From Octopus sinensis (lineage: Eukaryota): 64,000 nt of DNA. The stretch is from positions 76,880,001 through 76,944,000 of the forward strand of contig NC_043007.1 of assembly GCF_006345805.1 (NCBI RefSeq), written 5' to 3'. A program made the position numbers and the translations under genes. Below are positions 24,601 through 37,775 of this stretch, one piece after another (within the stretch, counting starts at the first letter, position 1; every line of letters begins with the position of its first letter). The notes under the pieces were generated by a model. The model was not told the DNA's origin. It saw nothing but the letters and a program-made list of their open reading frames with translations, and ran no database searches.

Positions 24601-25238
24601 TCGATGTAATCGACTTACCCCCTCTCCCGAAATTTCAGGCTTTGTGCCTATATTAGAAAGGATTATTTACAGCTTTGTATGTGCTTCGAGATCCAGTTCC
24701 AATTCATATGACGTCAACAGTATCACACATATAGACGGGAGCTGGCAGAATCGTTAGCTCACCAGGCGAAATGTTTAGCGGCATTTCATCCATCTTCATG
24801 TTCTGAGTTCAAATTCGACTTTGCCTTTCATCCTTTCGGAGTCGATAAAATAAGTACCAGCTCAGTATTGGAGTCGATGTAATCGACTTACCCCCTCCCC
24901 CGAAATTTCTGGCCTCGTGCCAAAATTTGAAATCAATATTATAGATACATACACACACAAAATTTTTAATGCAATAAAATATGTGTATATATGACTCTGC
25001 ATTTCGTATTGTGTTCTATATCAAGCAATGTTTTATTAGTTCTTCATTGGGGTTCGAATTCTGCTGAGGGTAACACTCGTTTAGGGGCTTCTTGTTATGG
25101 AGGTTTTGTTGCTTATGTGTGTGTGTATACATATATATGTTTATATACTTATGTGTTTATATATGTTAGTTTGTATGTATGTATGTATGTATGTATGTAT
25201 GTATGTATGTATGTATGTATGTATGTATGTATATATGT

Positions 25239-25796
25239 ATGTATGTGGTGTGTGATGAGAATTTATGGAAAGGTATCTACATAGAAACTCAACAAATTGT
25301 TAAAGATGGAGAAGAGAAGATGTTAAAATTAAAAAAAAAGAATTTTAATACATGCATATGGAAGATAAGATCTTTCACTTATATTCTCAAATAACCGTTA
25401 GACGCATAAGTTTTAGTTTTTTCACAACTAGACTCAACAACACTTTTTTGTTAGGATGCTCATGATCTTCCATAAGGATAAAATATGTATATCCGATTAT
25501 GTTACTTGCTATTTCTTCCATCAAGTCTTCTGTAACAATAATAATAATTTTAGGATGTACTCTTTTTTGCGTTGAGGAGAACAGTGATAGAAATTAATTA
25601 AATTAAATTAAATTAAATTAATTACATAATTATTCTACCATGTATTTTACATGTTAATATTGCTGTTCGAAACGATCGTATGCATGTATTACAATTCTTT
25701 TTTTAAATTTTAATATCTTTTCTTCTCCATCTTTAACAGTTTGTTGAGTTTCTATGGGATACCTTTCCATAAATTCTCATCACACACCATATACAT
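25239..25796. repeat. Inverted repeat, ~118-bp arms (25239-25358 and 25679-25796), MITE-like
   Basis: ggtgtgtgatgagaatttatggaaaggtat... pairs with ...atacctttccataaattctcatcacacacc. Confidence 0.85.
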
Positions 25797-25933
25797 GTAA
25801 TAATTTCATATTCGCAAAACTCTTACGCTAGTAAGCTACCAACGAAATATAAAGAATTTTTGTTAGTAATCGCACCTTTGGAACCCTCCAAAGTAAAGGA
25901 TGCAATAGAACTCAACCTATATATATATATATG

Positions 25934-27115
25934 CAGGTGCAATGGGTAAATTTTCGTCATGTTATATTTTTAATTTCGCGCGTGAGTATTGTTTGGTTTT
26001 GATTTTGTCGACTACACTGTATAGTAGGTTAGTTGGGCACCATTTGTGAGAAAAACAACTCCATGACTCGATTCACTCTGCCAGTAATTTGGAAATGATA
26101 TGCTGTACTGCTTGGCATTCGCGCCGGAAGCTCCAATACGAACATTTCAGAGTGTTTGGGTGTCAATCGGAGGAGAGTGCAGAGGATTCGGAAAGAGTTG
26201 GATGAGTTTAATGGTGATTACGAATGTACGGCAGCTCGCAGAATTCACTCTGGTCATTCTGATAAGAAAGGAACTCCTGGATTTGTTGGTGAGATCCAGG
26301 TCATGATTAACAACGATCCCTCCAAGTTAATCAAGGACATGGGAATGTCTGAGTTTCTTATCAAGCAGGTAGTGCATAAAGACATTCGGTATTCCTCATA
26401 CAAGATGGGAAAAGGCCAGTTTTTATCCTAAGCTTCAAGGACAAGCGAAAGCCCGCGCTACGAAGCTTTTGGACAAACTCAAACACGAGAGACCAGATGG
26501 TGAACACACAGAACAACCGTTGGCTTGCCGTGTCCCCAAAGCATTTACTGAGAGTGATAAAAATCAAACATCCAGTCGACATCCTGGTGTTTGGAGTGAT
26601 CACTAGTGATGACGAGGTTATGCTTCCATTCATCTTCCCACACGGCCTCATACTTAACACAGAGGCCTAGATCAAGTACCTGGAGGAGGTAATGCTGCCT
26701 TGGGTCAAGAGGATGGCTGCTGGAAGACCCTATGTCTGACGACAGGACTTTGTACCATGCCACAAAAGCAGGAGAACCCAGTCATGTCATGGCTGTCTGA
26801 CAATTTCTGCGACCTCTTCACCCCTAACATCTGGCCACCTAACTCCCCAGTCTGCAAACGCCTTGATTATTATGTGTGGGATGCTGTTGAGCGAGAGACG
26901 AACATAACTCCTTGTAACACCAAAGATGAACTGAAGGCAAGGATTATGGCAGCATTCACTAACTTAAACAAGGAGACCATCCAGAAGAGTTGCAAGAGAT
27001 TTTTATGTAATTTCATATTTTTATGTAATTTTTGTAAATATATCTGTTAAAATGTGATGTCAGTGTTATTTTCATTTTTGCGTAATTTAGACGACAATTT
27101 ATTCATCGCACCTTG
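25934..27115 (+). mobile_element. Degenerate Tc1/mariner transposon, maT (DD37D)-like
   Basis: Imperfect TIRs caggtgcaatgggtaaattttcgtc and gacgacaatttattcatcgcaccttg; transposase remnants RRVQRIRKEL, FGVITSD, IWPPNSP...LDYYVWDAVE, with stops and frameshifts. Confidence 0.8.
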
Positions 27116-27359
27116 TACACACACACACACACACACACGCACGCACACATTCATATATATATATGGTGTATACGTGGATATGCTTTTATGCGCATGTAGT
27201 CAACTGCTTATGCGTTTATGCACAATATCACTGTATGCATATATATATATATATACATACATACGCGAACGCACGCACGCAAACACATTACACACATATG
27301 CAGGCGTGACAATCTCTTCATAGAGACAGACATGCTTTAAGGCACTAACGCACACAATC

Positions 27360-27423
<64 letters not shown>

Positions 27424-28055
27424 CCTTACACACACATATACATGCGCAAGCACACATGCATATACTCATGCACATAATAGCACACGCTATTTTTTGTGAA
27501 GGTGTATTGTATGTGAAACAGCTTCAACAATGGAACATAGTTTGGTTAAAACTGATCATTCAAGTTTTCAGTTAGATGTTTATTGGGTGGAAAACTTATG
27601 GAGTTTTTAGGGAGGTTGTGAAAAAGAGAAAGGGAAAAATATAGAAAGCGAGAGAGAGAGAGAGAGGGAGAGGGGTGGAAAGAAAGGGAGAGAGGGCATA
27701 TATACTTATCAGATGCTTTGTATACATGTGTGTGTGTATATGTATGAATATAAGTATATTATTTATGTGTATGTATATAGATTTATGTTTACACACGCGC
27801 ACGCTCATACATTAAAGTATTATAAACACAAAATGTAGTTTACATTATACAGGATATTTTTGTGTACATCTAACCATACAAACAAATACCACACAAAATG
27901 ATACACAAACACACACACACGCATATATATACATATTCATATATATATATATACACACACATATATATATATAAACACATACATACATTTATACATATAT
28001 ATATATAAATACATACATACATTTATACATACATACATATATATATATATAATAT

Positions 28056-28108
<53 letters not shown>

Positions 28109-28131
28109 CCAAACAGGGCAAAACTGACATA

Positions 28132-28450
28132 ATGCACTTCTCTGCAAGGTTGCTGTCTTTTATAAGTTTCTTTCACTTACATTTCAACGTGAATTCTACA
28201 AACGATAAACAGCTTTTCAATGCCGTCCCCAGTGAATGTTTTTTACAGTCGCCTTGTTCTAATTGTCTATATTCTTACTTCACCCACCCATATAATAAGA
28301 ATCAATTTGGTATATGCTATCGAGGAAGATTCTATGGCTACTTCCATTGCAAAAACGGTACAGTTTTCTCCGACGCCTGGAAAGTATGTATCTTCAATAC
28401 GACAGCGTTGAATTCAGGAAATGGTACATTTGGCAGAACAGAGAGACCAG
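28132..28450 (+). CDS. Protease B exon 1: putative signal peptide plus chitin-binding type-2-like domain; phase-1 donor
   Basis: YFTHPYNKNQFGICYRGRFYGYFHCKNGTVFSDAWKVC pattern; CCAG|gtaagt phase 1 matches the phase-1 acceptor at 31076. The 5' boundary is uncertain (ATG 28132 or acceptor at 28213). Confidence 0.6.
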
Positions 28451-28529
28451 GTAAGTATAAATCAGTGAAAATGTGCACTTAAGAATTTGAAACCTCGATC
28501 TTACCAAATGTCAATATTTTTTTTATTAG

Positions 28530-28711
28530 CCGCATCTACTCGTGTGGAGTTCCCGTTATTTTATACTCGATTTTAAATGAAAATCTAGGGTGCGATTATA
28601 TTCAGGAGTGAAGCGAAAACTATGAAGGGTAAAATATTTTGTACCAAAAGTTAACATTAAATTAGGGGTGCGACTTATACACAAGTGCGATTTACTCACG
28701 AGTAAATACGG
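28530..28711. mobile_element. Partial pogo/Tigger-type MITE end
   Basis: Ends cgagtaaatacgg+TA, like the TIR of 36853-37364. Confidence 0.45.
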
Positions 28712-29964
28712 TATATATTTCCCTCTCTGGGTGCCAAATTGAAATTGTGATGCTCATGGCTTCCCCACCCGAGACCATTCAAATCGTTTATAGTAATAAT
28801 TAGAAGCAAATTAGTATTGATATTGCGATTCGATCTCGGAATCACTAAAGATTTAAAATATTACTTATGGAAACTTATGAACACAACTCAACACTCCTGG
28901 ACAGATTAAAAGCAAGGACTTTATATTTACAGCCAATTATATACTTTCTCCAACCGATATTAGGATCAGTGGCGTATTGTATTGAATTTTCGGTACTTTC
29001 TTATTATTATCCCTTATTATCGGGGATCTCTTCTGGTAAATGAACAGTCTCAGTTTAGCAAAAACTGCATCACAGAGACCCGAGACTAGCTTGCCGTCTT
29101 CTCTAGGACCAGAAGATAATTCCTTAGTGGGACGGCCTGCTGACAGTATACAGACGTTCAAGACCGCATTCTAAGTAAGCCTAGAGTAACTGATATGACA
29201 ATTGCTCACAATATACTCTAACTTCTAACAGATGCAGTGTCTCCTCTTTCTGTGTTTTCTGTCGCTACTATAAGGGCCAGTGCTCCTTGGAGTTAGTTGG
29301 TTTCATGCCATCTATACTCAGCTCAGTCCAACCCTTCCAACTCTCTCTCTTTCTCTCTGTCTCTCTCTCCCCTTCTACCACTTCTCTTTCTGTCTCCCTC
29401 TCCATTCTACATCCTCTCTCTACTTTCCTCGTCACTCATATCCTGTCTCATGTTGCTCGCACTAAACACTGCCTCCAGTCTTTCCTTCCTAAAATGCCAT
29501 CCCTTTGGAAATTCCTTTCTGTCCATGTGTTTTTCCCCGTTGAGCAATTAACTTGCGACTGTTCAAGAACAGAATTAACCGTACCAAACTTACCTGTTTC
29601 GGAAGTTTTACAATGGCTTTGGAAACACAACTTTCCTCTAGATTAAAGCAATAAAAACTGGAAACATACCTCAACATTCCTGAATAGAATACAAATCTAT
29701 GAAACGAGACCCGAAACTCAAGTCTCGTTTTTATCTACTTTATATATGTAATGCAACCACAATACATCTGTAGTTATCTTTCAACTTTTACTTGTTTCAG
29801 TCATTGAACTGCGGCCTTGTTGGGGCATCACCTTGAAGAGTTTTGGTCGAACAGATCGACCTCAGAACTTACGTCTTTTTAAGTGTGGTACTTATTTTAT
29901 CGGTATATTTCTGAGACGCTATGTGGGGACATAAATAAATCGACTTATCTCGAGATAGTTTGTA

Positions 29965-30530
29965 TTGGGTTGTCCGGAAAGTTCGTGCCGATTTATAGTA
30001 GCTTACATTTCGACTTACTTTAGAACATGGTTGAGTCCATAAAATAGGATTTGACTACACTTCCATTTAGAGCACAGCTTCAGCTATCTTTTCTTGGAAG
30101 AAGGTTTATGTTCCTATAACCTGTGTTAATTTTGTAACCCTTTAAAATGGAAGGTAAGAAATTTCATTTTCGGCACTTGATGCTTTGGGAACCAGACAAA
30201 AATTGCTGCAGCTCGGCTGGTATGTGTTACCCCACCCTCCATATTCACCAAATGTTGCTCCTTCGGATTTCCACTTATTCAGGTCTCTGCAAAATAGTCT
30301 TAATGGTAAAAATTTCAATTCCTTGGATGACGTAAAAGGATACCTTGATGAATTCATTGCCATGAAACCACCCCAATTCTGGGAAGAGAGTATTTTCAAG
30401 TTAAAGGAAAGATGGAGACGCATTGTGCAACAAAATGGTTCATATTTGGTTGATTAAAAATGTAATGGCAAGTATTTATTGACTTTTTTCTTTCCTTTAA
30501 AAATCGGCACGAACTTTCCGGACAATCCAA
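29965..30530 (+). mobile_element. Internally deleted mariner element
   Basis: ~30-bp TIRs ttgggttgtccggaaagttcgtgccgattt and aaatcggcacgaactttccggacaatccaa with TA TSDs; transposase N-terminus MEGKKFHFRHLML joined to C-terminus PHPPYSPNVAPSDFHLF...WRRIVQQNGSY. Confidence 0.92.
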
Positions 30531-31038
30531 TACAGTGTATTGTCTTTCTAAATTCAAGTGCACACGAACATCATAACTATGACTGTACAGAACTACAAAC
30601 ATTAAACATGTTTTTTTTTTCTTTTACAGTATATCTAATCATACTTTGAATGTTGAATGTTCATACTCAGTAACTACCATTATCCCTTATTTCAGGATGG
30701 AATTTTGTGGTCCCAGTGAAAAAAAAATTCAAATGATAACAAATATTTTTGTGTAACCTGTAACTATAACGATATGTATTTCCAGTTTCCGCCAATATTT
30801 CTCTTTGAAACAATTCACAATTTATCAATATTTCCGTTCGTATAGAGCGGGACGCCGGCAGATACTAGCACGCCGGGCAAAATACTTAGCTGCATTTCGT
30901 CCTTCTTTATGTTCTGAGTTCAGTTTCTGTCGAGGTTGACGTTACCTTTCAACCTTTTGAGGGTTTGTTAAAATAAGTACCAGTTGTACACTGGGGTCGA
31001 CGAAATCGACTTAGCCCCTCCCTCAATACAAAATTTGA

Positions 31039-31239
<201 letters not shown>

Positions 31240-31559
31240 TAGGTTTTTACATTGTAAATGCTAATTGGTGCCGCACAATGGGACTGACCCAAAACTACAC
31301 TGTTACAAAGCGTGCTTCTTAATTACATAGCCATTCCTGCGCCTACAAAATTTGTCCATGGGGAAGATTTGAAATGACTGAAAAATGAAGTCTGTTAATA
31401 AACAGTCGTGGCTGTGTGGTAAGAAGTTTGCTTCCCTACAACATGGTCCCGGGTTCAGTCTCATTGCATGGCACCTTAGATGAATGTCTTCTACAATAGC
31501 CTCGAGCCGACCAAAGCCTTGTGAGTAGATTTCGTAGACGGGAACTGAAAGAAGCTCGT

Positions 31560-31800
31560 CATATACATACATGCATACATACATACATACATACATACAT
31601 ACATACATACATACATACATACATACACACATACACACATACACACATACATGCATACATACATACATACATACACACATACATACATACATACATACAT
31701 ACACACATACATACATACATACATATATTCATTCATACATACATACATACATACATACATACATACATACATACGTACATACATACATACATACATATGT
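31560..31800. repeat. (TACA)n/(TATG)n arrays; others at 25170-25240, 32700-32970, 51385-51510, 59648-59712
   Basis: Directly visible. Confidence 0.95.
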
Positions 31801-32589
31801 GTGTGAGTTTGTTTGTGCGCACAAGCGTGTGTATGTGTGTGTGCAGGTGGCTGTATGTGTGTGTGTGTTTTTGTCCCACTACTGCTTGACAACCGGTGTT
31901 GATGCGTTTAAGTCACTGTAACTTAGCGATTCAGCAAAAGAGACCAACAGATATAGGACCAAGCTTATAAAAATAAGTACTGGGATCGATTCGTTTGACT
32001 AAATTTCCTCAAGGTCGTACCCTAGCATGGCCGCAGTCTAATGACTGAACCAAGTGAAAGACAAACGATAAACCACGAGTTGGATAGCGTGATATATTTA
32101 ATATAAAAGAATATCCAAGTGTTATTTTATACAAGTAACTGGATCGTCGTTATTAGCAACTAGAGTTATCTGTTTTCACTAAAAGTCTAAAAAGTTGTTC
32201 CACATCAGTGGATGTTGCTTTTAATGATTCGGTGACTTGCAATGGCGGTGGTGGTGGTGGTGGTTGTGCGCTAGGATATCTCCTGGCATGGTGTTAGCAC
32301 CTATCGTGAGACCTTTAGCATTTTATCGTTTGAATGGATTATGTTTTTAAAGGCCAGCTTAGATTAAACATTTTATCTCGATCTATTCGTTTATCTAAAC
32401 TCCATGGCATCAACCCATCGTACTGTTTGTCTAACCTATTTAACCAGTGAAAGAGTGAGCGTCGTAGGAGACAGACAAAATTCTTCCTTATTGCTTTTAT
32501 GTTAACATTTTATGAAATCCTTTACACGATCCGTGCTTGCCATTTCTTTTTTCTCACAGAATATTATTCTGTGTGTGTGAGTGTATGTT

Positions 32590-32699
32590 ATTATTCAGTT
32601 TATTTCAAGATTTCTTGCCAATAGAGAAAGAACCGGTTTCTAACCTTGATTTACAGATTTTAACAGGTCTAGTGATGGATTGGATCTGTAGTCTTCATG

Positions 32700-32733
<34 letters not shown>

Positions 32734-34030
32734 TGTATGTATGTATGTATGTATGTATGTATGTATGTATGTATGTATGTATGTATGTATGTATGTATGC
32801 ATGCATGCATGCATGTATGTATGTATGTATGTATGTATGTATGTATGTGTGTGTGTATGTATGTATGTATGTATGTATGTATGTATGTATGTATGTATAT
32901 GTATGTATGTATGCATGTATGCATGTATGCATGTATGTATGTATGTATGTATGTATGTATGTATGTATGTGCAGAGTTGTATGTTTTATGAATGTATTCT
33001 CATGTATAGAGTTACATATCTAGACATGCTCATATGTATTCAACCGATAAACCTCTGGTAAGTTTTACAGATTTTTACAGTTCCAGTGATGGATTGGATC
33101 TGTAGCCTTCGAATTAGCTTTCTCCTTTCTGGTTTTCAGAAGCTTAATTTCCCAGATTGATATTTAGGTAGTGTGTTACATATCCCAGAGCCCCAATAAT
33201 TACAGGTATAAACCTGAACTTCTAATTTGGATAGAGTAACTGTAGATTTCTCAGTAGTTAAGCATAGATGGTCTCTTTTTCACTGATCTTCAGTTTTATG
33301 TTAACATAACGCTGGGCAGCTGATTTCCACAGTTTCTCTTCTCTATCCCAAATCATTATATCAGGTCTGTTGTGCTCACATTTTATTGAAGTTTTCACTG
33401 GTACATTCCATTAGTATTCCTTTCCATTATGAGTGGCTATCGCTTCTACCATATCGTGGGGTTTTATTTCTTTGTCGTCGGAATTATCCTTTCGACGGAT
33501 TTCGTTATAGAGTGTCCTAGCTACAACGTCATGTCTCATCGATAGATAATATCGTGATGACATTTTCGGACAACTGCTTATGACGTGGCTGATATCTTCA
33601 GTGTGAACTCCACAAAGTCTGCATCAGTTGTCACATTTTACGGCTTTTCCTGCATTTCTATCCCTTTTGTGCATCAAGTACTTGGTTGATATTTCCTGTT
33701 CTTGGATTGCAAACGCATACCCTTCAAAGTGGGAGATAGTAATCCAGGCATTGGTCCATGATAAAATGCTTTAATGATCGATGTTACTATTATCTCGGAG
33801 CTTTCTACTAACATAGCCATGCATAGTCGTCTTCTCATACAGGATCATCCTTTCATCTGATGAAATGTTGCGGTAGAGTCGTGCGATTTCTAGGTTATCA
33901 GACGAAAAGTGTTGCTCAAGGGGCTGCCTTCCTAGTTTTGTGTTAGCAGCTTCATGTATGCAAACTTGGTCAAGGGATGCACTTCGACGCTTTGTGGTTA
34001 AAAGATGTTGCCGAAGGGATATAATGCGAC
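32590..34030 (-). mobile_element. 5'-truncated R4/Dong-clade non-LTR retrotransposon fragment, interrupted by a (TATG)n array
   Basis: Minus-strand AIQEQEI, CRLCGVHTEDISHVISSC...RHDVVA (CCHC) and VEISCP...IPVIIGALG (restriction-like endonuclease). Confidence 0.8.
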
Positions 34031-34048
34031 ATTTAATATATGTATGTA

Positions 34049-34083
<35 letters not shown>

Positions 34084-34190
34084 ACAAACACACACACGTG
34101 CAGTCTATTGAACTAAATATAGTAAATATTTCCTGCAGATAAATTACAACGTCGAAGCTGATTGACAGAATTTGAACCCGGACATTAATT

Positions 34191-34224
<34 letters not shown>

Positions 34225-35885
34225 CGCGCGATATATATATATATATATATATCACCACTTCATGAAGAAAAACAATGATAATATTTACAATTATTAAATC
34301 AACTGGTTCATTAAAGAACACACATTTCCTTGCGTTAGTGGTTCGAGAAGGTGTAATCTTTGTCTCTCAGAGAAGTTACAGCCTTTTGCAACTTTAAACA
34401 GAAGATTGGATTTGGTGGAATTTTACAGGTGCTTTCATCATTATGGAAATGACATATCCTAAAAGGTGGTAATATAATAGAAAAAGAAAAAGAAGACTGT
34501 TACTTACCAGCACCAAAGTTTCATTAATAATAGCCACTTTTATTTTCGCGTTTATTTTACTAAAGGCAGGAAAATATAATGCATTTTGCATGAGTACGTA
34601 AAAGCTTTGAGTAAGTCAATTGAACAAGTTGACTCGGCAACATTTCTAGTAAAATCTAAGTACTCCTTAAAAAGTAAAAAAAATAAGCCCCAAAAAATAA
34701 ACAGAAAAACCCCCCACAGAAGGTTAAACTGTGAGTTACAAATTTTTGCATTTGCCGTGTATTATATGTATGATACAAATAGTTTTATGTACATCTAATG
34801 TATTAAATATGTTTATCTAAAATACGACGATTTTTATACTAAACTTGTGATCCTTTACAAAACGTTTTAATGTTTACATTAGTTTATAATTTTGCGACAA
34901 GTAATCACAGATGTCAATGTTTGGTCATAAAAAAACGATTTGCCCCATCCTACAATGATGACGTTTAAGTTGACAATGACAAAATCGAGATAAACTACCA
35001 AGTAACCGAAAATGAAGATATTGTAACTGAGGCTTAGGACAACGAATTTGAGGTGGAACTTCTGTATATATAAAATATGTATATACATATCGGCGCAGGA
35101 GTGGCTGTGTGGTAAGTAGCTTGCTTACAATTACATGGTTCCGGGTTCAGTCCCACTGCGTGGCACCTTGGGCAAGTGTTTTCTACTATAGCCTTGGGCC
35201 GACCAAAGCTTTGTGAGTGGATTTGGTAGACGGAAACTGAAAAGAAGCCCGTCGTATATATATAAGTGTGTGTGTGCGCGTGTCTGTGATGTGTTAGTGC
35301 CCAACATCGCTTGACAACCAATGTTAGCGTGTTTACGTCTCCGTAACTCAGCGGTTCGGCAAAAGACACCGATAGAATAAGTACTAGGCTTACAAAGAAT
35401 AAATCCTGGGATCGATTTGTTCGACTAAAGGCGGTGCTTCAACATGGCCGCAGTCAAATGATTGAAACAAATAAAGAATATATTTGTATGTACTTATAAC
35501 GAATAAACACAGGAAATGAAAATATATATCATAGGCGCAGGAGTGGCTGAGTGGTAAGTAGCTTGCTTACCAACCACATGATTCCAGGTTCAGTCCTACT
35601 GTGTGGCACCTTGGGCAAGTGTTTTCTACTATAGCCTCGGGCCGACCAAAGCCTTGTGAGTGGATTTGATAGTCGGAAACTGAAAGAAAGCCCGTCGTAT
35701 ATATACATATATATGTGTGTGTGTGTGTTTGTGTTTGTCGTCACTCATCTTCGCATAAAGTTGTGTGTGTAAGCTTTTAAATTCAGAACGTGTTGGTCTT
35801 TCGTTTTTCCAATTTGAGTATTATTAAAGTCTCTCTTCCGTGTACCGACTCCTTTGTATATTTTACGAATTTCTTTTCTTTTCAG

Positions 35886-35982
35886 GCAAAATCCCTACCA
35901 TCTTCAGATTGCTCTTGGTGTTACAGAACTCTATAAAGACGCATTCAGTGTACGATTCAGAAAAGTTTCGAAAATTGTAGTG
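35886..35982 (+). CDS. Protease B exon 3: QNPYHLQIALGVTELYKDAFSVRFRKVSKIVV
   Basis: ttttcag|G acceptor, GTG|gtaaat donor, 97 nt, phase 2-0; same length as the paralogous exon in gene C. Confidence 0.88.
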
Positions 35983-36482
35983 GTAAATCATATTTTTCCA
36001 TTCATATTTCAATTTATTAAATTTATATTTGTCACTTTCGGATTTTATCCACTTGCATATTTCCGCGTTCCCGTCAGTCAAGCCAGTATTATTCAGCCGC
36101 CATTAAAAGTGTGACCATCTCGTCTTCTTTCCTATCATACTATGCTCGGGTCTTCTTTATCCTGTACAAATATATCAGTTTTTGAGATGTTTGGATGATT
36201 ATAAGTCGGCCGGCCACGTAGTGTGTGTCGTTCGTTGGCCCAAGTATTTCCTTCGTTTCTTCGAGACACGCTTTTTCATGTAGTCTCCGATTCATTTCAA
36301 GAAATAATTTTACCATTTGAAGTATTGGCTACAAAATCTTTGCCCCCCCCCAATCACATGGTTCCGGGTTCAGTCACACTGCATGGCACATTATGCAAAT
36401 ATCTTCTACTTTAACCTCGAGCCGACCAAAATCTTGCGAATAGATTTGGGAGACGGAAAGTGAAAGAAGCTCATCGCATTTC

Positions 36483-36529
<47 letters not shown>

Positions 36530-36852
36530 GTGCGTGCATGCGTGTGTGAGTATGCATGTGTCTTTGTGTGCGCGTGTGTGTTGTATATCTATGTGTGTGT
36601 GTGTGTCTTTGTGACTGTGTTTGTCCCCCACCTCTGCTTGAAAACCGGTGTTGGTGTGTTTACGTCTACGTAGACTAGCGGTTCAGTCAAAGAGATCGAT
36701 AACATAAATATTAGCCTTGAAAACTTAAAAACTTGTGCCGATTCACTCGATTAAAATTCTTTCGCGTCTAATGGTTGAAACAAGGTAAAACAGAAGATAC
36801 AACGACCACTAGTAGGTCGTAGACGAAATATCGAAACGATTTCCGGGATATA

Positions 36853-37364
36853 CCGTAAATCCTCGAGTATAGTCCGCCCTTAAGTATAATACGCAGGGGA
36901 ATTTCAGGGGGCTGTACCTCTGAAAAACCTAAACCTTGTGTATAATACGCACCCCTTCTCTAACTTAAGTCAAAGAGATCTATATAACGTCCTTGGTTTG
37001 TAAAAATGTATAAGGTAACGTCCTTTATTATTATTGTACATATAACATAATGCAAACGTGTAGCTTTTTTGTGCATTTTATTTGCAGAAAATAAAGAAAT
37101 AACTGTAATAACGTTTAATAAATGTTGCTTACTGCAAGTTATGGATGATTCTTTTATGAGTTCATTGCTTTCAGGCTTAGATTAAGGTATTTTCGCGCCC
37201 GACATCACAAAATGCGTCTGAATAAACATTGCCGGACAGCAAATCGAGACTCGGACATTGCTTAGAAAATAGTTTTCATTTTTAACCTCGTATATAGTAC
37301 GCACTAGGGATTTTGACCTTCAAATTTTGGGAAAAAAATGCGGATTATACTCGAGGATTTACGG
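36853..37364. mobile_element. pogo/Tigger-like MITE (512 bp)
   Basis: TIRs ccgtaaatcctcgagtata and tatactcgaggatttacgg with TA TSDs. Confidence 0.85.
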
Positions 37365-37606
37365 TAATTCAATTGTATTTCCATCAATTCGGTCAATCTT
37401 CAGCTGACCCTTTCAAATTGTTGGTTGACACTAATTTATAACTTACGCCCAGAGCTCATATTTTAGACAAAGGATTTGTGTAACCAATTTTTAATCGATT
37501 CGTCGATCACTGATCCCATAATAACTTGACTTGTCCTTGTTTCCTTCATCCTAAAACTAACTTTTTTTTCAAAATCGATTCAAAAATAACTCTTATATCA
37601 TCCCAG

Positions 37607-37775
37607 TATCCTTTCTACGTTCATGGAGGAAGTTATCCGAACGATATAGCGCTCATGGAACTTACAGCACCAGTTCAACTGTCTGAATACATTAAAACTG
37701 TTTGCCTACCTTCTAAAACGAATTCGTTCACTGGTCGAGACGAATGCTGGGTCACTGGATGGGGCGATACACAAG
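37607..37775 (+). CDS. Protease B exon 4: YPFYVHGGSYPNDIALMEL...VCLP...CWVTGWGDTQG (Asp102)
   Basis: cccag|TAT acceptor, G|gtgagt donor, 169 nt, phase 0-1. Confidence 0.95.

Noticed and set aside
28098-28106. TATA box for protease B (and gatataag at ~52768 for protease C)
   Set aside because: Indistinguishable from the TA-rich background without TSS data.
30696-30770. Acceptor-like ttatttcag|G before protease B exon 2
   Set aside because: The phase-compatible frame hits a stop and there is no suitable donor.
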